DNA of 64,000 bases from Balanoglossus misakiensis (GCA_040954595.2 CM082594.2:1506247-1570246); one strand, 5' to 3'; shown: positions 50,501-63,954, numbered from the stretch's first letter. Numbers and translations: made by a program. Notes: generated by a model not told the origin, from the letters alone.

Positions 50501-53092
50501 CGTGACTGCACAATTCCCCCACCCCTCACCCCCACCCCCTGAGTTTTAATATCCTCATATAAGTGCCCTTTATCGCTACAGGAAATTTTTGCGACCGGAA
50601 ATTTTCGCGATATAAAAAGCAGAAACTGTTACGAGACGATTAAGTTTCATGTTCTCGTATTTCACTGCATTGTCATCACTGAAAAACATTTTTAAGCGAA
50701 TTTTTATTTTCACTACGTCTTTTTTGGCTCTCTAGCGTAAAAATTTACTGTTTGCGAAAATTTCCCGTTGGTCTAATACCCAGCTAAACTTGTTGGTCCG
50801 AATTTTCCCCTTGGACCTCTGGGATTTTGATCATATCTTGATGAATAGCATTTCAGATATCAATGAATGTAGTACATTGGTGGCACCATGTGGAATCAAT
50901 CAAGTCTGTGAAAATAGAGATGGTGACTATCAGTGTGCATGTCTGGTGGGATTTGAACCGGATGTGAATGGAACAGCATGCAAAGGTGAGACATAACCAG
51001 TCACATACAACGTAACTTCAAGTCACTATTCACATTTAACACATTCCAAACTATCTGGATAAATTTTCAGAATTTCCTTGTAATTTTAAATTTTCTTCAA
51101 CAGACATAAGTGTTGCCATCACCTTGACACAACTTTATCATAATTTATCTTTTAAGTTCATTCACAACCTAAAAACAGTCATTTCCTGGAAATGTTCATC
51201 TGTTTTCTCTAAAATATCAGCTGAACTGTTTTGTAGAAGGAAATGTTCAACTAATTATTTCACAGATTTTTTTTCTCCCAAAAATTGCTGAATTTTTCAC
51301 TTCCAAATCCACGTGAAGGATCCCTAGTCTGGAACATAGAGGAAACTGGTGATATTCTGGTGGAGTTCAATAGCACCATTACATTCTATTGTTTGGAGGG
51401 TTTTCAACTGAATGGACAGTCCACTCTGTTGTGTACAGTGGAAGGCCAGTATGATGCGGACTTTCCAACTTGCACACGTAAGTCAATATTTGTTTTTTTT
51501 AATCAGAAAACCTTGATATTATTATACATCTGACATCGAGAACAATAGAATTTGGCGTATGGAAGTTGTGTGTGGTTGAACGTTGATTCACTACATATCC
51601 ACATGTAGAATAACACAAACGGTGTCTTGTATTAAATATAATTAATGGAAAAAGGGCAGCGAGAGAGAGACTTTGTCCCTTAAAAAGTGATTACAGATTT
51701 ATCCCAGGCTCTTCCTTCAACTCAACTCTACGTGTATTTTCTACAGCTGCTGTCTGCAGTGAACCAGAGAGTATTGATCATGGCAGCTACGAGGTCAATG
51801 ATCCCAACTACAACTATCAGAGTGAAGTGACCTATAGTTGTGACATTGGATACAACTTATATGGTAGCCATGTCAGAGTGTGTACCTACAGCAGTCAAGA
51901 TGGTGATTACCGATGGAATTCCTCTCCTCCTGTCTGTCAACGTAAGTAACAGGAATGAATAATGCTATACCTTATATTCCTTAGAATTCTTTTGCATTCT
52001 ATAGATTGCAATACGCATTAAAGTTATGTAACACTCTTTGATCAACAGTTGAAACTACAGCATGAGCTTTCGGGAACATGTAGTCCCCTTCTTCAGATGC
52101 ACTCGTGGAAGATTCCAAGCTCATGCTGTAATTTCAACTGTTGATCAAAGAGTGCTACATAACTTTAATGCATATTGTACCGAAGATCACCACGGCAAAA
52201 CTCTGAATTGTCATTCTATAGATTCTATCATTTCTATAGAATTCAATAGAAACAGGCTTCAATACTTCAAAGAAAATATGTGCGCTATATAAGAACTCAC
52301 TATTATTATTTCTAGGTGTTGACTGTGGTTTGTTGACTGCGATTGAAGATGACTCATGGGAATAGTGATGGCACTTGGTATGATAGTGTTGCTACACTCC
52401 AGTGTAACATGGCATATGAAGCACTTGGTAACACCAGGAGATATTGCACTGAAGATGGAACATGGAATGGCACCAGACCAAGATGTGTTGCTCAGGGTAA
52501 CGTAGAAAAGAATATTTCTTTCAGAGAAGCAATCACTTCTGTTTGATAATAGTTATACTCTGATGAAATTCATGACATTCACACACAATGTGTTGTTTGA
52601 ATACAGTGTAAAATGGGGAATTTTTGGGCCAGACATTTTCGCAATATCAAAAAAGGCGACTGTTACACTGCGACTACTACTTTTTCACTTTCTTGTATTT
52701 CACTGCATCGTTATTTCCGAAAAACATTTTAAGCAACTTCGAAAACTACATACAAATATATAGATGTCCATAGAAATTATTTAAACTTATATAGAAATTC
52801 AAAAGGCTAATGAATTCTGTAGAATGATGTATATAGAATGTTTTTGTAAGGAATGACTTCTGTCTGAGTTGATGATTTAATATTGATAAGATACTTTGCT
52901 TCTTGACCTCAGGAGAATGTCAAGATCCTGGTACACCAGTCAACGGTCAGAGACATGGCAATGATTTCGACATTGGTTCTATAGTGTCATTCAGTTGTGA
53001 CTATGGATTCACACCAAGCCATCCAAACCCTTTGATGTGTGAAGGAGATGTTGTGACTGTGTTGCCAACAACACCTTCTACTACAACTACTG
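47530..53092 (+). CDS. Host gene: CCP/sushi exons (47530-47715, 48725-48904, 49358-49540, 49862-50044), EGF-Ca (50857-50985), CCP exons (about 51299-51477, 51747-51941, 52316-52496) and N-half of a CCP (52913-53092)
   Basis: Phase-1 exons with C-P...Y/F-C-GY/F...C...W...P-C pattern; DINECSTLVAPCGINQVCENRDGDYQCACLVGF. Confidence 0.9.
47736..48011. mobile_element. AT-TSD MITE, uninterrupted copy
   Basis: Homologous to 28474-28731 plus 32870-32908; AT flanks. Confidence 0.78.
52022..52164. mobile_element. Palindromic TTAA-flanked MITE
   Basis: AGTTATGTAACACTCTTTGATCAACAGTTGAAA... inverted at the other end; TTAA on both sides. Confidence 0.7.
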
Positions 53093-53301
53093 GTGTGTAT
53101 ATACTGTTGTTATAAACATCGTGGTGTGCTGAAACAGTACCGTGATAACTTCTATGTTCATGTAGTGTGATATATGGAGAAATGGTTCAGAATGCCCGCT
53201 TCCAAAACAACAGAGAGGCTTTAAAAGCTATTTGAATGTTGAAGTGAAACTTGACAAACAGAATTCAATCAGCATAACCTCTATTGCCTCCATTGTCATA
53301 G

Positions 53302-54358
53302 AAACGGAAACGGTCACAGACATGTCAACTGCAGAGCTTGGGACGACAGAAATGGATGGAACTGATAGAGCGGCAACAGAAGAGGAAGAAGTGACCACAT
53401 TGCGGATGAAAATCTCCACAGCAGCTGCAGACACAGATGTTATGAGAACCACCAAGAGAGCACAGACAGATGGCATGGTAACCACAACGGCAAAAGTACA
53501 CACAGATGATGTGGCAACCACGGCGACAAAAGTACACACAGATGATTTGGTAACCACGACGGCAAGAGTACACACTGATGCTCAAACAAGAGATGCAACA
53601 GGTACGTCAAGTACAAACATCCACTGAATATCTGAAAACAATATGACAAGTTTACTTTACAGATGTCCTCTCAGTGGAAGTGAAAGTATCTCATTTCTTT
53701 TAATTGTGGATTTTTGGTTTCTCATTTGTTAGCATAATGAAAAGCTGTATAATACAGGGGTCACCATGCTTGAATTTAGTCATGGCCTTGTGTAGTTGAA
53801 AAACAAACAAACAGCTGAGTCAGCATTTCTTCACCCAAAAACATTTAACGATATTTATCTCTGAATAGACTGTGGTGACCATACAATTTTATTTGACCAA
53901 TGAATTTATTTTCATTTAACTGAGCTAAATTGTCATGAAAATGACAGTAGTGAGTTTATATCAATCTAATCCCATGCGAAGAGACAAATGTGCACGAATT
54001 TGCGCAGTTTACAAGTTTACGTTCTGTGTGTACATCAGTAATAGGTTGTGTAGCAAAATGTAGCAATAAAATCCAAATTCCATTCCAGTCAAGTTATTTA
54101 TCATATAGTTATATTAAATAATTGATATTAAATAATCATTAGTGAGATCTATGGAATCTCACATATTTTAATGCAGAATGACTTGATTTCCATATGCAGG
54201 TTATGAGGCGCCATCAACGCAGGCAATCACTGTGACTGAAAGAAAACCAACGACAGATTCAGATAAAGAATTTACAACATCTGAAACTACTAGTGCACCA
54301 CTTTCAACTAAAATATCAACAACAAAACCAGTGACACCTTCTCATGATGTATCAACAG
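53302..54358 (+). CDS. Host gene: Thr-rich mucin-like exons (53302-53601, 54200-54358)
   Basis: Phase-1 exons with T/E/D-rich low-complexity translation and internal 39-bp repeats (TTTAKVHTDD). Confidence 0.75.
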
Positions 54359-55054
54359 GTAATTATACTGTGTATTCGTATAATTCGTATTCATATCAGT
54401 ATTTGTCCTTTTATTGCCACAATTTAAGAAAGGAATATATTTTGTGGCAGAGAAATGGTAAATACTTAATACCGTATACCAGTATATCTAATTTTTTACA
54501 TTGGCAATATGGAGCAAGAAACATAGCATAGCGCTAGTCAAGTCTTGCCCCATTGTCACATATATAGTAATATACATTGCAATTACTGAACAATATTATG
54601 CCTTCTGCTGAATGTGTGTGTGTACCGATAAACTGTGCATATTGACTGGCAGTGAGGGCAACAGCATACATTTGTTTCCCTAAGGGACTGTGAGTCAACC
54701 CAGAACAGTCTGTTTCTAGAGGCTGAAGGCCGATGGAAACAGATTGTTTTGGGGGTAATTTGCATTCCCGAGGGGACACAAACGTATGCTGTTATCCGAA
54801 CATGGCTAGTCGATATGTGTTTCAGTATCAGAAAGCAGCACAAATCAGGAAATTTCTCTTCTGTACATCATCAATTGGTCTTCATTGTAGATGGTATATC
54901 ACCACTGTACAAGGTCCCATACCTGTAAATAAATGATAAAAGCTTACACACAAACACATTTCACCAGATTAGAAAATGTACCACACAAACCCATTTTAGG
55001 ATATTAACTCTTCTTGCAGCAAAGAATATCCTGATTGTGTTGTTGATTTTACAG

Positions 55055-56581
55055 TCAGTAGAGATTGTGGAACCTTTGAGACTTTTGTAAACGCAACTTG
55101 TGAGAAGTACATTGAGACACCAACTGATGGTACCTGTTCATTTGGAACATTCTACACAAGTATGGTTGCTGGTATGGCCAATTTTCAAGATTCACATGTA
55201 AGTATAAAGTTAGTTCTTGAAAGTCTATGTACCGGTAAATGTTTTGCTCCAGTGTCAATACTGACCAGATTGTCTCCAATTTCTCATTGTGATTTGTAAC
55301 ATTGTTATGAATGATTTTATTTTGTCTTGTTTTATGTGTTGCACTGTATTTTTTTAAATTTCTCACCCAAGATTGATTTAATCACTAAATGTACTTGGAA
55401 AAAACTGCATACTGTAGTATTTCCAGTGTTGTCTAAAGGAGTTTTTTGGTTTGTGTAATTGCAGGTTTGCGGGCAATGCCTGAACGTGATTGGTTCAAAT
55501 GATGTATCTGTAGTTGTCCGGGTAACAGACATGTGCATGTACCCGTACTGCATGAGTGATGAAGATGGTCTGGTTCTAAGTCAGGATGCTTACAACATCT
55601 TGTCAGATGGTGAAAGTCCTTCATCTCTTCTTGTATCCTACTCAGTTGTTGCCTGTCCTGAGGATGTCTCTATCAAGTTCAAGGTTTGTGAAACAACACA
55701 ATTATTAACTAATTTATATACCCTTGTCTTTAATTGTCACATCTTGGCAAACTTGTTTGAAACCTCCCTAGCCATTTTTTTAAGTATTTGTAATATTGAA
55801 GTTTAAATTGTCAAGAGTATTCATCTGTTTCTTTACTGGAAGTTTAGATCTCCTGGAAATCAAACCAGTCTCAACTGATTTGGACAAGGGAAGATCCAGT
55901 GGGGACTAGGTCATTGACAATGATTTGTTGCAAATACTGTAAAACGGGAAATTTTCACGCCAGGAAATTTTCGCAATATCAAAAGAGGCAACTGTTACGC
56001 GAGGATTAATTTTGGCGTTCTTGTATTTCACTAACTGCATTGTTAAATCTGAAAAACATTTCACACGACATTTATTTTCACGTCTCTTTTAGATCTTGCG
56101 TATTTTGCGAAAATTTATGCTCGCGAAAATAACCCATTTTACAGTAAGTCTTGCTCTAAATTTCAAAGTATTAGGACCAACCAGGGACTGTGTTGTTCAT
56201 CTTTTTAGTGTACTGCATATTGATTGATTGATTTGTTTATTTAGTTTGCAGAGAGCATTTCTGCATCATTCAGCTTATTAATATTGGATCATCGTTACCC
56301 TGTCACCACTGTGGAAGTCCACACAACTGGTCCCTGGATTACTCTAGACAGACTCAGTGATAACTTATTTGAACCACCCATTGGTTCTGGTGATATACAA
56401 GCCCCTCTCAATGTCAAGGTCTATTCGGTGTCTGGTAAAATTAACTACAGGGTTACAGACTTTGAGTTTGATGAGATTATTGACACCTCCAAGCAATTTC
56501 GACATTGTGAGGATGATGAGCTTGAAGTTTCTACACTTCCAGACTTTGGAATAGTTACAACAATTGAGAGTACGCTTGAAG
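55055..56581 (+). CDS. Host gene: expansin-like (EXLX-type DPBB + CBM63-like) module in three exons (55055-55197, 55465-55683, 56245-56581)
   Basis: GTCSFG...VAG...VCGQCLNVIGSNDVSVVVRVTDMC.YPYC...GLVLSQDAYNILS...VSYSVVACP...IKFK|...ILDHRYPVTTVEV...WITLDRLSDNLF...PLNVKVYSVSG...KQF. This follows the microbial expansin motif order. Open frame with compatible phases 1/0/0/1. Confidence 0.8.
55935..56146. mobile_element. TA-flanked CTGTAAAA MITE family (others at about 38731-38925, 44803-44971, 45013-45222, 49040-49247, 50575-50770, 52605-52740, 56730-56905)
   Basis: TACTGTAAAACGGGAAATTTTCGC...TTTTACAGTA ends; shared interior. Confidence 0.7.
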
Positions 56582-57127
56582 GTAAGATGGTTTCATTTTA
56601 TACAATATGTAATTAGTTTACTGTATAACATAGGTCAATGTTGCTGATGATTTCAATGGAGTGTAGCTGAATTTGTTACATTAGCTGTGATATCTGATAT
56701 TGTGTTTTGCACACCAATATCTGGTACACTCTTATGCAAAATTTTCGCAAGAGGAAATGTTCATGATATCAAATGTGGCAACTGTTACGTGGCGATTAAT
56801 TTTCACGTTCTGGTATTTTACTGCATCGTTATCTCTGAAAACCATAAGCGACTTTTTTTTCACCAGTAAATTTATCGTTCGTGGAAATTTCCTATTTTAC
56901 TGTATTTTGAATAAGAAATCTCAACACCCTCATAAACAATTGCATTAAAGAAAGCAATAGAATAATAACACAATATCATTTGAATCACACACCGGGATGA
57001 GAATACCTTGAAATTGTCTCCTGCCAGGAACATTGATTCAATACTGTTCATGTTAGTGGAGAACAATATAACATTAGATTTCCTTGTTCTAGATTATTCA
57101 AATTGTAATGTTCATTTTTATCAACAG

Positions 57128-58351
57128 ATGAAACAACGCTGGAATATTTAACTAGTCCCTACACCGAAGGCACAGAAAAAAGCATCTCAACTGAGGATAT
57201 GCCATAACTTCGCCCAGAATGACAACTGTGTTGGACACAGACAATATACCGGCTGTGACAACTGGAAAAAGCAAGTCAACCACAACAGTTACTATGGTTA
57301 CAGTAACCATGCCTGTTGTCGTGACAACAGTAGAGGCAAGTTCTGAAAAGCCTGATCAGCAGTCAAGCACAGAAGGTGAGGGTACATACAAGACAACATC
57401 TGCTCCGATCTCAAAAACAGAAATGATGTCAACAGCAGAATCTGTGGATATTACTCCTGCAGACCAGACTTCAGAGTATGACGATGCAAGTGATGTGATG
57501 CCAACAGAGTCATGGACCACACCAGAGAAATTGTTGACAACAAACAAAATGGACGCCACCACACCAGAGACACTTTTGACAACAAATAAAATGGACGGCA
57601 CCACAGAATATTGGCAAACGGTAGAAGGCACCACAGAATGGCAAACACAAATGATAACTGATGAAACTGCCACTTCCCAAAGAAGAACAACAAGAAAACA
57701 TACAACTGAGGCACCGACAGATCTGTTAACATCAAAAGGTGAATGTATACGAATTTCTACACTTTTCAGCATTATGAGCTCCAAAGTAAGGATGGATCTT
57801 GTTTACTTAGTTGACACGACTCTAGCTCCTGGATGACACCATTATTTTTAGGGGGTGAGGGGTGGAAGAAAGGAGAAAACATATTCACTCCTCACTTTTT
57901 TTTCAAAGAAATGTAGGTTTACTTCCTATTATGATAAAGTAAACTATGAATAATAAAACATTGAAAATTTGGCTTTATTGATAGAAACTTCATGTACGGG
58001 TACAGTGAAAATTTCAATTGAAAAAAAAAAATTCATAATACCTCTAATGTAAACAGTTAAACAGTTATACATTGTTAGTTACCATCATCATCGTTGTTTG
58101 AATCAGACTCTATGTCACAAATGAGGCAATAACAATGCTCAGTGCAATTGATCTGTATACGGTTGGTCAAATAACTCTTCCACTCTTATCATATAGACAC
58201 CCATGTCCAGTGTGTAATATAAAGTATTCATTCAATTTCATTTATACAGTATATCATGATGTCAGTACTAAACCAACTACGAAACCAGCAACAACTCTGA
58301 AAGCCACAACAGGTGGTCTTACGACCCTACCAACTCCAACTCAACTACCAG
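57128..58351 (+). CDS. Host gene: Thr-rich mucin-like exons (57128-57738, 58250-58351)
   Basis: T/E/S-rich translation, GT-AG bounded; frameshift near 57200. Confidence 0.75.
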
Positions 58352-58775
58352 GTAAGAGATATTACCCTTAGTTTGGTTGATAACGTGTTGTATTTGAGTG
58401 ATGTCTCAAAGTGTTAAAACAAAACATCCAGAAAACTTGTTTTTGGAAGTTAATTTAAATTGCTTGTCACATGATAGTTGTGTAAACAATGGTCACACCA
58501 AAATGTTCTCCTATATTTACTTTCAGAAAATATATACTTTTAGGGGATTCTCGATAATTAACAGAACTTGATAATTAACAGAGAAATGTTTATTTCAAAA
58601 AGTGATTTTTTTTTCTTGTATCTTTCATACACACCATGAAGTAATAATACAGTTAAATTTAAAATCAGAATAAACCACAAAGAGTTGAACCCATTTATGC
58701 TTTGAACAAATTGACCTGAAGAGAATAGGAGTTGTATGGGTCTGTATTTACAATTATTCGATAATTACTTTGCAG

Positions 58776-61700
58776 ACCGTGACGTTCCTGACTACTGTGC
58801 ACAGCTTAGTGTGTCATATAATGGTAGTGGGCAGATTACAGACCAGCAATCCTGTGGCAACTACTATGGTACAGAAATAACAACACAACTTGTTAATGGT
58901 TTAACTCAACTCCTGTCTCAAGATCCATCAGGAGCATGTGTTCCTGTTGCTGGTCTGGTTACAATCAATATCGCATTATCCACCACCAGTCTCACCTCGC
59001 TATCGGATAATTCGGTGGGTACTCTAACTGTCTCTTTCAGTCTTGCAGAAAATCTTGTAGACTCTTTCTGGAGTCTAGAATATTACACTCAACAAATTGT
59101 TCACTTCATAGCATTTTATCTCACATGCTCTTCAGATTGCATATCCAAAGAAAAAATGCATATTGGGAGAATATTTTCATGCAAATGTGACAACCATGCG
59201 ATGTTTAATTTTGTCGATACAATCGATCGTAAACTGCTCAGCTGAAACAGTGAGCAGTCATCTTTCTTTTTTGTTTACGTGCGTTGGAGTGGGGATGTCT
59301 TGAAACCATCCGCATAACAGCTAGTACATACCTGTACACGGTGAGTTGGGGCGCCTTGAAACTTAAGGGGTATTTAACACGCGTTCCGTACGTACCGTTC
59401 CGTATGGCTTTTTAGTACACGCTAAATTCTATTGTTCTTGGTGCCAGATGCATAATAATAAAGCATATTAAACATAACATCTTTTAAAACAAATGCTTAT
59501 GACTGTATTTTCATTACCTGCAGCTTTTAATGGATGTGGGGCTGAACTTACTGATTGAACCCATAGACCCATTGAGCCCTGGATACGACAATGCAGAATT
59601 GTCGGGATGTGGTCTTCAACTAATCTTTTATCTGACCAACCATCCAAGTGTATTTCCAGTTTTGGTTGCCATTGACAGTTCAGACAATTGTCCAGAACTA
59701 TCATCTTCTGCAAACCCAATTCAAGAAGATGATGCAACATTCTGTTGTCCTGAAGGATATGAGCTCTTCCAGAATGTCAGATGCAGTATGTATAAAATCA
59801 TTATTTTTATTCACACTAAAGTGGCGCTTATATCTCTTCTTTTCTTTTAAGGATGTACGCGCAGAACATAAACCGGAAAACTGCACGCACCCGTCTTTTT
59901 CCCATAGGATTACATTGATAATTGCTAGAAAACAAACTTCTTCTATTGTCATTGTCACAAAATTTTCTACATAGCTCAGTCCAGTAAATATAAATTCATT
60001 GGTCACTTAAAATATAAGGGTCACCTTGCTCTATTTTGAGATAAATTGCATTAAAAAAAATTTGCCCATAGACAAACCATTGGTGAAAAATGCTGAATCA
60101 GCAGTTTTCTTCTATTATCGACTAAATTCGTGGCTCTGTAATGTGTATTTCATAAACAGGCACGGTCATCAGGTAAATGCATGCTATGAGCGGTGTGTTA
60201 CAAGCATGAATTAAGTATTACTTACAGAAAAAAAATTCTTCTTATTTCAACAGCAGCCGCAGTGGAAGTTGTGAGGAAAAGAAGGGATGCATCTGAACAG
60301 TCATCATTTCTCACTAATGCTAAATGGAATGGCACTGCACCTGTTTGTATTGGTATGTTCATTAGGTCAAAATAAAAAAATATGTGCTGTTCCAATTACC
60401 CGACCTACCCTAATTATAACCCGCTGACCCTAAACATTTTAGAGCTTCCTAAACCGGAAGTATAAAAAACAATGTCAAATATACAAAATTTATGAAAATT
60501 GCAAGAATCACGTAAGAATTATGACGTTATTCTTATACACTACGGCGGCCAGAGTAATAAAAAAAATGCAACATAAAAAAACCTACCTACCTACCCTATT
60601 TTTGAAAACCATGTAATCAGAACAGCACAATTTAGCAATTTATCCGCCAGATTGAGTTCTTGAATGAAATCACCAATGTTGGAATTGGATTTTAATGTTT
60701 GTTTGTGTTTCATTCTAATTTGATTCTGATTGTGTTTCATTCTGATTTGATTTGATTTGATTTCATGCATTGTCTGCCTGCTTTCATTTGTGGAAATCAC
60801 AAAGCTTATAAATGGTCCATCATTGGAGTGGTTGTCAACATCACTGGGAAAAAGGACGATGTTCAACTGGTTTAGCAATTGGGGTTGTCATGGAGCCACC
60901 TACAGAACAGTTCTTCTCCCAGCTGATTTCAAGATTACTATGTCGCTTTAATGGCTGGCAAGTATTGTGGTTACAAACTTGGCAGATTACAGTCTCATAT
61001 CTTATGAAATATATTTTGGCTTGCAGATACCATGCCACTAGACTGTCCAGACACGTACGTAATTCTTGTTGATGAAGTGGAACACAATGTGTCATATCCA
61101 GCAGTCTCTGTTGTAGACAACCACGGAATCAGTGACGTCATATATGAACCACCAAATGGAACTGCAGTTGAAACCAGGAACTACATCACAGTGACTGTTA
61201 CTGCAACCGATTACAGTGGCAACCAGGCTCAGTGTCAATTTGATGTTTCTGTTCAACGTAAGTGTTCAGCTAAACTAGCCCACTAGTCGCTTGGTGAATT
61301 TTGAATCTCAATACTTTTGTGTGTTTGTGGTGATTTTTTGTCTTTATAATACTTTTTGTGTGCATGCTGCTTTGAGCGTTTTTCTGGTACTGAGTTGAGT
61401 TTCGAAAATAATGCAAAAAGTGGTGGCAGAGACTTTAAACATTTAGAAGTTAATATGGCATTGTTTTGAGACATTAGACATTTCACCTTTTAACATCTCA
61501 TTTAGTTATTCAGCTGATACATGTCCAGAGTGGTCACTACCTACACCAGAAGGTGGACAGAAGACTTGCACCCGTGTCATTGGAGGACCACTGGGTTCAG
61601 GATTCTCATGTGCATTGTCCTGTCAAGCTGGTTATGATTTCATTCAAGAAATTGATTCACCTGGAGGAATGTACACCTGCATAATTGGTGGAACATGGCT

Positions 61701-63511
61701 ACCCCATAATTACGTACCTGATTGTGTTGGTGTGTATGGGCTTCTACTGATCTATTTTTGCGTAATTGAAATTCAACTGATATCATATCAATATTCATTA
61801 GGCCCCCAAAATAATATGTGAATGCTGATGCAGATAATAAACTTGAAGAACCAAAATAACCAACTAATTCAGTGTTACTGTTGGTTCAAATTTTCTCTGT
61901 ATATTGCTGATATGTGAGGGAATTTGTGTTTTCCAGTTTGCTATGTGTGCCCTTATATAAACTGATCATTTTATAATCAGTCAATACCTACATTTTTATA
62001 ATCAGTCAATACCTACATTTTTATAATCCGTCAATACCTACATTACCGCATGGAAGATGGCACTAGTCCAGATTTGAGTGGATTAGCAAAAATGGGATTT
62101 TTTCACCAGCTTAGTAAAGCGAAAACTGGATTGACGATTGACAATTCAACTAGTCGGCCTGAAGTTAAATTATCTTCCATATTGATCTTTCCACAGAGAA
62201 GGAAGTTCCAGATTATTGCCTGACTGTGGGAGGTGTATACAACTCTGTGATAACCATTCCAAGTGATACCAACCAATGTATCTCATATTACGAGTCGAGT
62301 CTGCTTGGAATTGTGCAGTCTGTTGAACCACTGTTGTCGGTCCTGTGTAACTCGATTGAAGACAGTGTTGAAGTGACTATTCAACAATGGCCATAGTAGA
62401 CTCCAATCAGGTATTATTATCTGTCCTGCTGGAAAATTTTACAGTTTTATGCTGAAGAAGAAGGTTGATGTAATCCTTTATTTGATTTCTGTCGTTACAT
62501 TATTGTACAATGTGTTACCCTAAGGTTGGGTTCTCCAAGGTGTGTCATTTTTAAGAAGCATTATCTTGTTATTGGAGGGACAAAGTCTCTCGCTCGCTGC
62601 CGTTTTCCCATTAATTATGTTTGATACAAGACACAGTTTATGTTATTCTACATGTGGATATATAGTGAATCATCATTTGACCACACACAACTTCCATCTT
62701 GTTTGTAGGATATGAGAGTAAAAACTCGCCCAAAATGAATGAATGGTATTCATTTTTCGCGTGTTTTTTCACTGTCGCGTCTACAAGAGGATGGAAGTTG
62801 TGTGTGGTCAAACATTGATTCTCTATATATCCACATGTAGAATAACATAAACAGTGTCTTGTAATTGTATCAAACATAATCCCTTTAAATGCTCCATAAT
62901 AGCTTTATCTTTTTGCTACGTTTTCAGTGTGTTTGTTTTGTGTATCTACTGCAGTTTCTTGTTCAAATACCTGAAGAATCATAAAATGTTGAGCATTTGG
63001 CTTAATATCAACACAACATATATGTGAATGGTCAGCATTGTTATTGTGCAAAATTTAATTTCAGACTAGAATTCATTTGTCAACAATAACAATGGCTGTT
63101 ACACGCATACATGATAAGTACTGGGTATAGTAACATGCTGTTTGGAGTAGAACAAGAAATAGCGTTTGATACACGGAAGAAAATACTGAAAAAAAGCCAA
63201 AAGTTACAGCTATTTTGTCCTTTTAACCCATTAAACCAAACTTTCTATTTGGTGTTTTTCATACCGGTAGGTGAATGCAACAGTTGCCATGAAATTACTT
63301 GCAAAGACAGACAACGCAACAAGTTTAGATCTCCAAACCTGCGGTGATAGTATAATGAGTGCAATTACAACTCAGTTCAGTCAATTCAACAGTCTCATCA
63401 AAATCGAGGCAAATGGTGCTTGTCCAGAATTGAATCTGTCAGGAGCCCCAACTAATGAGTTCTCAGGATGTTGCTGTCCATCTGGAAAGATTTTCAGTGG
63501 CTGTTATTGTT
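58776..63511 (+). CDS. Host gene: Cys module A (58776-about 59014, 59524-59785), RKRR + C-half of CCP (60254-60352), HYR (61027-61257), CCP-like (61514-61729), Cys module B (62197-62410, 63271-63511)
   Basis: VPDYC...CG...CPEL...CCP.G occurs twice; VRKRRD...KWNGTAPVC; HYR motif P.CP...P...DN.G...VTVTATDYSGNQAQCQFDVSV. Confidence 0.8.
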
Positions 63512-63769
63512 GTAAGTATCATCAATCCAATATACCTTGAACCAAGAGTCTAAGTTTATGGTGTCAATTACTTGTCAACTTATAAATATTTTCATCCCAA
63601 CCCACTAGTGACTTATACTGGTGTACCATATGCTTCGACATATCTCCAAGGCTTACATGCATATACACCTTACACAACAGCTTATAAACAGCATCATTAT
63701 CATCACAATTTATCCTGATATAATTGTTCATAGACAGTTGCTCCGAAAAAATGCATAATTTAATTAGTA

Positions 63770-63954
63770 CAGTAAAACCTGTCTAAACTGAACCCTGTCG
63801 AATCTGGAAACCTGTCTAAACCAAACACATTGTCCTGTCTCTTCGACATACATGTAGAACACCATGTTAAAAGAAAGTCTATAAAACCAAACACCTCTGC
63901 AAACTGAACAGTTTCTTCAGTCCATTTGGTGTTCAGTTAAGACAATTTTTACTG
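63770..63954. mobile_element. Tc1/mariner-pogo-like MITE (partial related copy at 39374)
   Basis: TA|CAGTAAAACCTGTCTAAACTGAAC...GTTCAGTTAAGACAATTTTTACTG|TA. Confidence 0.65.

Larger units (their letters stand above)
4819..63511 (+). pseudogene. Large secreted/cell-surface multidomain gene, uninflatable/SVEP1-like (CTL-LDLa-CUBx3-CCPx4-EGF-CCPx4-HYR...), with inactivating lesions; first exon and 3' end not in view
   Basis: More than 30 GT-AG exons with mutually compatible phases, translated by hand. Lesions: in-frame TAA at 41322-41324; frameshifts at about 52355, 57200 and 62385; lost acceptor and first Cys of the CCP exon at about 51300. Confidence 0.8.

Noticed and set aside
61966-62044. 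Short tandem repeat (about 24 bp x3) as a regulatory array
   Set aside because: Simple intronic slippage duplication.
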